A stretch of DNA of 64,000 nucleotides. It comes from Minisyncoccota bacterium (lineage in GTDB: Bacteria; Patescibacteriota; Minisyncoccia; Phycocordibacterales; UBA5272). A program made the translations under genes and the position numbers. Shown one piece after another: positions 25,685-33,034 of the stretch. The stretch's first letter is position 1. Every line of letters starts with the position of its first letter. The stretch lies in NCBI GenBank assembly GCA_041651055.1, contig JBAZJW010000004.1, positions 2,018 through 66,017 on the forward strand, given 5' to 3'. The notes under the pieces were generated by a model. It ran no database searches and was not told where the DNA came from. It worked only from the letters and a program-made list of their open reading frames with translations.

Positions 25685-26982
25685 ACATATTCACTATCAA
25701 CCTATCAGACATAACTATCCCACCAACTCGTCAACGTACTGACAAGGACGACAAATACATTGACCAGTTATCCGAATCCATCCGTATGATAGGCCAAATC
25801 AACCCTATTATACTTGACGAAACCAACACCCTCATAGCAGGTTGGTGTCGTATCAAGGCGTTTGAGTTGCTAGGACGCACCGAAATCTATGCACGTCGTT
25901 GGGAGGACTTGGACCAATATGAAAAAGAACTTATCGAGTTCGAAGAAAACGTTAGACGTAAAAATCTATCCTATAACGAACAGTTGCTCGCTGAACTTGC
26001 ACTCCATGAACGATTCCAGCAGTATCACGGCGTACAGAAGTCCCCATTTTACGGCCACGTTTCTAAAGGACGACCCAAATGGCGAGTGGAAGACATGGCT
26101 AACTTTATGGGATTCTCAATAGGTAAAATGAGTGAGCGTCTCAAGCTCGCACAAGAAATCCGCCGCAACCCTGAGATGGGTGACTTCAAGACCGAATCCC
26201 AAGCACGTCACGCTATGGAACGCAAACAAGCACAGGCTATACGTACGGTGTTAGCTGCTGTTAAGGTGAGTGAACAGAAGGAAACCACACCATCCAACGA
26301 ACCCAAACCATTATTTGAAACCTATCACCACGGTGACATCACCCTCATTAACGCAGACGCCAAACTCGTCATCCCTACCCTACCAGACGACTCTATAAGT
26401 TGCCTCATCACCGACCCGCCTTGGAACGTTCTCTTTGATGAGTCATTTGGTACAGACACCAAAATAGGACTGGAGTTAACTCATGAGACTCTCAGACTTC
26501 TATACCCAAAATTGCAGTCAGGATCATTATGTGTCATGTATTGTGCAACAAGACACCTTATCACAGGAAAAATTTATGAACTCGTTCAGTCTTGTGGTTA
26601 TGCTATCTACCCCACTATACATATATGGTACAAACCACACTCTGCAGGAAGTTCCATACCTTATCGTGAACTCAAGAACGACTACGAACCCGCGCTCTTA
26701 TTCTCAAAAGGACTCGGAAGAGATTTTCATAGTCCTATGTGGGCAGTTATTAGTGGTCTAGTAGAAGGCAAACGTTATCATACTGCACAGAAATGTACGG
26801 ACGTGCTGAAGCAACTCATTCAGAATTTCACGGTTGAAAATGAGTTAGTGATTGACCCGTTTATGGGTTCCGGACAGACGATGTTAGCCTGTCGTGCGTT
26901 GAAGCGTCGCGGATTGGGTATAGAAAAAGAACCTGACCATTATCATACTGCTATTTATCTAATGGAGGAACCTCATGTCTGA
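25681..26982 (+). CDS. ParB-like nuclease domain fused to beta-class DNA (N6-adenine/N4-cytosine) methyltransferase
   Basis: ParB-N block IPPTRQR...LSESIRMIGQINPIILDE. MTase motif IV ITDPPWNV, then motif I FMGSGQT near the C-terminus (beta-class order). Confidence 0.7.
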   Translation: MNIFTINLSDITIPPTRQRTDKDDKYIDQLSESIRMIGQINPIILDETNTLIAGWCRIKAFELLGRTEIYARRWEDLDQYEKELIEFEENVRRKNLSYNEQLLAELALHERFQQYHGVQKSPFYGHVSKGRPKWRVEDMANFMGFSIGKMSERLKLAQEIRRNPEMGDFKTESQARHAMERKQAQAIRTVLAAVKVSEQKETTPSNEPKPLFETYHHGDITLINADAKLVIPTLPDDSISCLITDPPWNVLFDESFGTDTKIGLELTHETLRLLYPKLQSGSLCVMYCATRHLITGKIYELVQSCGYAIYPTIHIWYKPHSAGSSIPYRELKNDYEPALLFSKGLGRDFHSPMWAVISGLVEGKRYHTAQKCTDVLKQLIQNFTVENELVIDPFMGSGQTMLACRALKRRGLGIEKEPDHYHTAIYLMEEPHV

Positions 26983-27169
26983 ACAATGGTTTGACATAGG
27001 TCGATGCGTCTATTGTGGGGCTATATTATATGACCTACATTACCCTACATCAGTTGGCTGGAACCCAACCGGGCGTCACCGTTGGAAAGGCGGCGACCCG
27101 GATTGCAGACACCGCGCACTGGAAATGGAGGTAGATGACGATGAAATTCATACGAGCACAGATAACTGA
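26975..27169 (+). CDS. zinc-ribbon protein (64 aa)
   Basis: CVYCG...CRHR. Confidence 0.4.
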   Translation: MSEQWFDIGRCVYCGAILYDLHYPTSVGWNPTGRHRWKGGDPDCRHRALEMEVDDDEIHTSTDN

Positions 27170-27353
27170 CACCCTACACGACCGCTTGATGGCCCTCACC
27201 ACACATCATGGTGAGTACACCCACTTGATTCGTAAAGCCATTCGCGAGTTCGTTACCAATGAGGAGGCCCGCCGTGGAATTGACAACACAACTAGACTTA
27301 CAATCCAAGTGCAGCAAACTAAAACTAGTCCTTCCAAAATCCCTAACCCATAA
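27135..27353 (+). CDS. ribbon-helix-helix (CopG/Arc-like) DNA-binding protein
   Basis: MKFIRAQITDTLHDRLMALTTHHGEYTHLIRKAIREFV shows a beta-alpha-alpha pattern. Its 3' end overlaps the polymerase start. Confidence 0.45.
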   Translation: MTMKFIRAQITDTLHDRLMALTTHHGEYTHLIRKAIREFVTNEEARRGIDNTTRLTIQVQQTKTSPSKIPNP

Positions 27354-29613
27354 ACGCCTAGCTATTGTTGGTGAAGCACTAGGCGCAGACGAGGAGGAAC
27401 AAGGTGATTACTTCGTTGGCAAGGCTGGGTTCTTACTTGATAAACTCCTTCGTGAGTGTGGTCTCATCCGTGATGCTATTCATATTACTAATGTTCTTAA
27501 AATACGTCCTCCGGATAACAAAGTACCCAGACTAGGTGAGTTAGGTCTAACCATAGATGACTTCGTCCCATATCTAAAGGAAGAACTCTCACTTGTCAAA
27601 CCTAACATTATCCTTGCATTAGGTGCCCCGGCCATGCAGGTTCTAACTGGCAAAGACGGTATAACCAAATGGCGCGGCTCGACGGTTCCTTGCACTTTAA
27701 TCCCAGGGAACATACCAGTTGTGATCACTCTTCACCCGTCGTATATACAGCGTGGTCAGTGGCACCTATATCCATATGTTAGGCATGACTTTGAAACCTT
27801 TGCAGATATGGGATTTGGGTTGCATAAACAAACCCAACCATTTGAAATGTTGATTGAGCCTACACTAACTCAAATTATGGACTACTTAAACGAAATATAC
27901 GAGACGTCCACTGAAACGTCCATAGACATAGAGACCGTTAACAAGACCCACATCACTTGTGTGGGGTTTACTAAGAATGAGAACTCGGCAATCTGCATAC
28001 CTTTTCGTTCGAAGGGTCTACGTAACCACTGGGCCGAGCATGAGCAACTACTTATACTTGAAGCGATGCGTCGTGTCTATCAGAAACCGGGCCTTGTCAA
28101 GATTGGTCAGAACTTCCTAGACTACGACGCCCATTACCTCTATCCGTTGTTAGGCTTCCCACGTGAACCCCTATTCGACACCCTCTATGCACATCAGTTA
28201 ATTCACGCCGACGCGCGTCATGACCTAGGGTTCATCATAAGTGTCTACACCGACATGCCCTACCATAAAGACGACGCCAAAGACTGGGAATCTAAAAAAC
28301 TCCCACACGATCAAGCCTTGTGGGAATACAACTGTCGTGATACAATAGGCACACACCGTGCTGCACTTAAACTAAGGAGCGACCTACATGAATTGGGACT
28401 CTACGGTTTTCTCACCGGCTACATCATGCCATTCAAACGCGCCCTATTTGAGATGGAGTGGAGAGGAATATACGTTGATCAAGAACTGCGTGGGAGAATG
28501 GCAAAAGACATTGAAGATAACCTTTTACCAGACGCATTGTGGTGCATCGAAGAACTCACAGGTAAAGCTATTAATCCAAACTCATCCAAGCAGGTTGGGG
28601 AGTACCTCAACGACGTCCTCCACATACCCGTTCCAAGGACAGACAAAGGCAACTACACAGTCGATGAGGATAAGTTAGAAGAACTCTTCGCGAGGTTTCC
28701 AAAGCATCGTCGTATCATGGAGATGTTTATATGCACCCGTAAGATGAAGGCTAAGGACTTGGGTACCTATCTCACTGCACCCTTATCAAGTGACGGTCGC
28801 CTACGCACTAGCTTTGGCATAGCTAAAACCGGTAGACTCACCTCTGGTACTAACCACCGTGGCGAGGGCACGAACCTCCAGAACCAGCCCAAGCGATTGC
28901 GCGTGGTTTATAAAGCCGACCCCGGTCGTAAGTTACTATGTCCTGACCTCGTAGGTGCTGAAGCCTTCGTAACTGTCTGGCAATCCGGGGCAAAGAAACT
29001 CAAAGCTGAGATGTTGAAAGGTAAAAAAATCCATGCTATCGTCGCCAACTGGATCACCGGCAAACCCATTAGCGAACTCCCACCCGAAACCTACCGCAAC
29101 ATAAAAGCCTGTGTGCATGGTAGCAACTATAAAATGGGCGTGAACAAATTCGCCAAGACCATAGGCTCAACCGTTGAAGAAGCCAAGCGTGTGCGTGAAC
29201 AATACTTTGCTGTGTTTCCTGAGTTGGCTGGGTATCATGCATGGGTAGAGAATGAAGTTGTCACCAAACGTAAACTCATCACGCCTTATGGACGGGTACG
29301 TATATTCACAGGCGACTTGAAAAAAGACGATATGTATTCTGCTTATTCACAAATTCCACAATCCACTATTGCGGACACAATAAATACAGGGATACTCGGT
29401 CTTTGGTTGGTGAAGCCAGACGATATATACTTACTGCTACAAGTACATGATGAAGTTGTAATAGAGCTACTTCCAGACAGAATTGAGTGGTTCAAACTGT
29501 ACATAGAAGCACATCTATCCAAACTACGCGAACTATGGATTGGAGATGATTATTTAGTTATTCCAGTGGACATAGGTAAGGCTAAGGACAGGTGGTACGG
29601 AGGTGAAAAGTAA
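27259..29613 (+). CDS. family A DNA polymerase with 3'-5' exonuclease domain and N-terminal family-4 UDG-like domain
   Basis: UDG-like GEALGADEEEQGDYFVGKAGFLLDKLL plus HPSY. Exo I IDIETV. Pol motif A LLCPDLVGAE, motif B RNIKACVHGSNYKMG, motif C LLQVHDEVV. Confidence 0.85.
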   Translation: MRRPAVELTTQLDLQSKCSKLKLVLPKSLTHKRLAIVGEALGADEEEQGDYFVGKAGFLLDKLLRECGLIRDAIHITNVLKIRPPDNKVPRLGELGLTIDDFVPYLKEELSLVKPNIILALGAPAMQVLTGKDGITKWRGSTVPCTLIPGNIPVVITLHPSYIQRGQWHLYPYVRHDFETFADMGFGLHKQTQPFEMLIEPTLTQIMDYLNEIYETSTETSIDIETVNKTHITCVGFTKNENSAICIPFRSKGLRNHWAEHEQLLILEAMRRVYQKPGLVKIGQNFLDYDAHYLYPLLGFPREPLFDTLYAHQLIHADARHDLGFIISVYTDMPYHKDDAKDWESKKLPHDQALWEYNCRDTIGTHRAALKLRSDLHELGLYGFLTGYIMPFKRALFEMEWRGIYVDQELRGRMAKDIEDNLLPDALWCIEELTGKAINPNSSKQVGEYLNDVLHIPVPRTDKGNYTVDEDKLEELFARFPKHRRIMEMFICTRKMKAKDLGTYLTAPLSSDGRLRTSFGIAKTGRLTSGTNHRGEGTNLQNQPKRLRVVYKADPGRKLLCPDLVGAEAFVTVWQSGAKKLKAEMLKGKKIHAIVANWITGKPISELPPETYRNIKACVHGSNYKMGVNKFAKTIGSTVEEAKRVREQYFAVFPELAGYHAWVENEVVTKRKLITPYGRVRIFTGDLKKDDMYSAYSQIPQSTIADTINTGILGLWLVKPDDIYLLLQVHDEVVIELLPDRIEWFKLYIEAHLSKLRELWIGDDYLVIPVDIGKAKDRWYGGEK

Positions 29614-29614
29614 C

Positions 29615-30133
29615 ATGAGTGGGTATGCAGAAAACTTACTTGGACGCAGATTTGGTAAGTTAGTGGTGTTAGAAAAAATCAACACACACAAAGTTACTTC
29701 TAGGAGTGCGTGGTGGAAGTGTCAATGTGATTGTGGAAATATAACAGAAGTCGCTGCAAGACACTTAAAAGCTAAACTCAAACCTAAAACAGACTGCGGT
29801 TGTGTTAAGGGATACTCAAAAAGTGGCACGTATATATCGTATAGAAGTATGAGAAATAGATGTCTGAATAAAAACTCACCAGACTATCCTAAATACGGAG
29901 GTCGTGGGATAACTGTCTGTGGACGGTGGTTAGACAGCTTTGAAAACTTTTCGAAAGATATGGGTCCACGTCCAATAGGAACGACGTTAGATAGGAAAGA
30001 TAAGTTAGGGAACTATGAACCATCAAATTGTAAATGGTCAACATACCACGAGCAAACATTAAACAGGAGTACGTCACTAATTTCAAAAGAAGAACTGGAT
30101 CGCTTAAATAAGACACTTGGTTTTGTCAAGTAG
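29615..30133 (+). CDS. HNH_3-like putative (homing) endonuclease with N-terminal Cys-rich domain, paralog A
   Basis: FGKLVV, CQCDCGN..CGC, YGGRGITVCGRW, LDRKDKLGNYEPSNCKW. Paralog of 32058..32585. Confidence 0.45.
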   Translation: MSGYAENLLGRRFGKLVVLEKINTHKVTSRSAWWKCQCDCGNITEVAARHLKAKLKPKTDCGCVKGYSKSGTYISYRSMRNRCLNKNSPDYPKYGGRGITVCGRWLDSFENFSKDMGPRPIGTTLDRKDKLGNYEPSNCKWSTYHEQTLNRSTSLISKEELDRLNKTLGFVK

Positions 30134-30141
30134 GAGGTCAT

Positions 30142-30465
30142 ATGCCACAATTTTATCCACCCACACCAGAAGAACAACAAAGGATGCACAACATAATCAC
30201 AGCAGTCTTAGATCAACTCTATCCACGTGATAAAATTACCTTACTCAATCGTGACGAAACCTACCACTTATGCAACCTGGTAAGTGAAGTCACAGGCCAC
30301 ATACAAGAATACTCCAACTTAGTTTGGAGTCACTTCAACCACTTAAACAAACCAACCGTTGATCCGAGTCATGAAGTGTTGTTACGTAAGCTAGAACGTG
30401 CGTTGAATAACCGTGGACTAGATATTAACAACCTAATCAATTCATTAAATGAAGGGAGTAAGTGA
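30142..30465 (+). CDS. hypothetical protein (107 aa)
   Basis: AGGAGG RBS. Confidence 0.45.
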   Translation: MPQFYPPTPEEQQRMHNIITAVLDQLYPRDKITLLNRDETYHLCNLVSEVTGHIQEYSNLVWSHFNHLNKPTVDPSHEVLLRKLERALNNRGLDINNLINSLNEGSK

Positions 30466-30641
30466 TGACCGACCAATTACATGATTTCTATGTCAAAGGT
30501 TCAGATGGTGTTGTGTATCGTGCCATCTACGCACTAGATAACGACTTCTATCTAGTATGCAACACCAACGTCGACGTCACCGATATGCCAGTTCCAGTGT
30601 ATGTAATCCGAGGTGAGAAAGTAGAGGACTTCAACGCATGA
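30465..30641 (+). CDS. hypothetical protein (58 aa)
   Basis: TGATG overlap at the start, ATGA overlap at the end. Confidence 0.35.
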   Translation: MTDQLHDFYVKGSDGVVYRAIYALDNDFYLVCNTNVDVTDMPVPVYVIRGEKVEDFNA

Positions 30642-30862
30642 CCACCTTCGACCTCATAACCTGGGGTTTAAACCTAGGAGCACTCATTGGCGTGATACTT
30701 AACATTAAGCATCGCCGTGAGTGCTTCTATTTTTGGTTTGTTACTAACGCTGGTTGGTGTATCGTTGACTACTACAAAGGCATCTACGCTCAAGCAGCAC
30801 TATTTTTCGTCTACTGGTTACTCGCAATCTGGGGTATCTTCGCCTGGAGGTCTAAGTCCTAA
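30638..30862 (+). CDS. small membrane protein (2-3 TM, Trp-rich)
   Basis: LITWGLNLGALIGVIL and AALFFVYWLLAIWGIFAW. Confidence 0.4.
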   Translation: MTTFDLITWGLNLGALIGVILNIKHRRECFYFWFVTNAGWCIVDYYKGIYAQAALFFVYWLLAIWGIFAWRSKS

Positions 30863-32046
30863 TGCCACGTAAATGCTCCCCGTCGTTTATGGAATCCTAC
30901 CTCGAATACACCCGTTACCAGGAGTCTCCCGCACGGTTCCATTCATGGACCTCACTCTATGCTATATCGTCGGCGGTGAAACGTAACGTCTATATAGACA
31001 AATTCTACTACCGCCTATACCCTAATCTCTACATTGCACTCGTTGGTCCCAGTGCTGCTGTCAAAAAAACCACCGCCGCAGATATAGCAGCAGGGTTAAT
31101 TGAGACCCTACCAAAGATTCTATTTCTCAAAGGTAAAGTCACCGCTTGGGAGTTTTTCCACGAACTTGGCAATGCCACTAAAATCGGAGACGCGGCCGCG
31201 AGTATCTATTCACCAGAAGCTAAAAACTTATTTGGTGACCTAGGTAAGATAGAACTAGTCACGATGCTAACTGACCTCTATGGCTCACCAAGCTCATTTA
31301 CATATCGCACTCTCAAGCACGGTACCATAAACATCAAAAACGTCTGCATCAACCTAATGATCTGCTCTACACCCGAATGGCTCATAACAGGTACCACCAC
31401 TGATGAGATCGCAGGTGGTTGGACAGGACGATTCGTATACATTTTTGAAGAAACCTGTGACCGTAGTATAGCCTTCCCAGAAGACTTCATCACGCCTGAG
31501 TTGCAACAAGTCAAACAAGACCTCATAGAGGACTTGCTAGACATCTCTCAGGCCAGTGGAGAATTCGTCATAACTCCACAGGCCAAGGCTGAGTATCTAA
31601 TTTGGTACAACTCCCGCAAGTCCGAATGGAAAGACGAACGTCTTATGGGCTACTATGGACGCAAAGCTGACCTAGTTTGGAAAATCGCTATGTTGATCTC
31701 ACTCTCACGTGATAACTCACTCGTTATTAACGAAGAGATACTAGCCTATGCTTGGGGTATGTTAAAAGACATAGAAGGTAGTATGGGTAAAGCCCTTGCG
31801 CATGTTATTGATGACCCCGCACTAAGATACAAAGATTCTGTAGTGTCATATATTGTTAACCAACCTGGACATCGTGCAACTAGAGTAGCTATTCTAAAGA
31901 AATTTTGGAACAGATTTGATTCAGATATGTTAGATAGAATTATACGAAATGCTCTGGAGTGTAGAACTATTAAACAGTATAGTGTTCACCAAGGCAAGAC
32001 CTCAGACATAATGTATGAAATTAACGAAGACCCGATTAATCCATAA
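30862..32046 (+). CDS. hypothetical replication-module protein with deviant P-loop-like segment (394 aa)
   Basis: LYIALVGPSAAVKKTT is not a canonical GxxxxGK[ST] motif. Sits between the polymerase and the HNH paralogs. Confidence 0.4.
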   Translation: MPRKCSPSFMESYLEYTRYQESPARFHSWTSLYAISSAVKRNVYIDKFYYRLYPNLYIALVGPSAAVKKTTAADIAAGLIETLPKILFLKGKVTAWEFFHELGNATKIGDAAASIYSPEAKNLFGDLGKIELVTMLTDLYGSPSSFTYRTLKHGTINIKNVCINLMICSTPEWLITGTTTDEIAGGWTGRFVYIFEETCDRSIAFPEDFITPELQQVKQDLIEDLLDISQASGEFVITPQAKAEYLIWYNSRKSEWKDERLMGYYGRKADLVWKIAMLISLSRDNSLVINEEILAYAWGMLKDIEGSMGKALAHVIDDPALRYKDSVVSYIVNQPGHRATRVAILKKFWNRFDSDMLDRIIRNALECRTIKQYSVHQGKTSDIMYEINEDPINP

Positions 32047-32057
32047 GGAGAAATGTT

Positions 32058-32585
32058 GTGAACAAAATACCAGACTTAATAGGACAACGATTCGGCAAAT
32101 TGGTTGTAATAAGTTTTCATGGTTTAAATAAACAGAATAAATCTATGTGGGAATGTATCTGTGATTGTGGTAAACATAAAGTTATACGTGGTTCTTTACT
32201 ACGTTATGGAACATCACAGAGTTGCGGTTGTTTACGTACTAAAAGTGTGACCAAACATGGATTATGGGGTAGTCCCACCTATTCTAGTTGGCATGGTATG
32301 AAACAACGTTGCGCTAATCCAAACAGAGACGTTTATAAGGACTATGGTGGTAGAGGAATTACTATGTGTGAGCGTTGGAACAAGTTTGAAAAATTTTTAG
32401 AGGATATGGGAGAGTGTCCTAAAGGATTAACCCTAGATAGAATAGACAACAACGGTAATTATGAACCCGGTAATTGTCGATGGGTGTCGATGTTAGAACA
32501 AACATACAACAGGAGAAAGAATAACACATTAACCATTGATGAAACTAAGAAGCTCTACCATAATTTTGGTATAAAAGGTTACTAG
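32058..32585 (+). CDS. HNH_3-like putative (homing) endonuclease, paralog B
   Basis: GTG start with AAGGAGAA RBS. FGKLVV, CICDCGK..CGC, YGGRGITMCERW, LDRIDNNGNYEPGNCRW. Confidence 0.45.
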   Translation: MNKIPDLIGQRFGKLVVISFHGLNKQNKSMWECICDCGKHKVIRGSLLRYGTSQSCGCLRTKSVTKHGLWGSPTYSSWHGMKQRCANPNRDVYKDYGGRGITMCERWNKFEKFLEDMGECPKGLTLDRIDNNGNYEPGNCRWVSMLEQTYNRRKNNTLTIDETKKLYHNFGIKGY

Positions 32586-32613
32586 ATTCTTCGTTGGAAC
32601 CATAGGAGGACTT

Positions 32614-32976
32614 ATGACCCTAGAAACCCGGCCCGAAACGCTCATGGGCAAGACTCATAGGATTCGCACAGGATACGGATGGCTATACGTAACCATTAAT
32701 GAACTAGACTCCAAACCCGTAGAAGTCTTTGCCACCATAGGTAAAAGTGGCGCATCCATTATGGCAAAAGCCGAAATCGTTGGACGCTTCGTATCGCTAT
32801 GCCTACGCTACGACATCCCTCTCAAAGAAATAATCGACCAACTCATAGACGTCTCAGGCTCGGAGCAACTCCCTGTAGGCGACACAGTTATCAAATCCAT
32901 ACCTGATGCAGTAGGTAAGTTACTCCATCACTTGTACATAAAAACTCCACCCAAACAACAAGTGGAGTCTCTATGA
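32614..32976 (+). CDS. hypothetical protein resembling the class II RNR C-terminal (NrdJb-like) block, with Cys replaced
   Basis: RTGYGWLYVTINELDSKPVEVFATIGKSGASIMAKAEIVGRFVSLCLRYD, compared with the remembered KTGCG.LYVT..EVF..GK.GGC pattern. Tentative. Confidence 0.35.
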   Translation: MTLETRPETLMGKTHRIRTGYGWLYVTINELDSKPVEVFATIGKSGASIMAKAEIVGRFVSLCLRYDIPLKEIIDQLIDVSGSEQLPVGDTVIKSIPDAVGKLLHHLYIKTPPKQQVESL

Positions 32977-33034
32977 AACTATTAGGCTTTATAGTCTACT
33001 TCATAATCATAGCGTTTCTTATAGCTATATGGAG

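Noticed and set aside
27259-27800. Whether the UDG-like N-terminal domain of the polymerase is an active uracil-DNA glycosylase
   Set aside because: The catalytic motif A is altered (GEALG instead of GE-A/G-PG), so activity cannot be asserted from sequence. It is reported as a UDG-like domain only.
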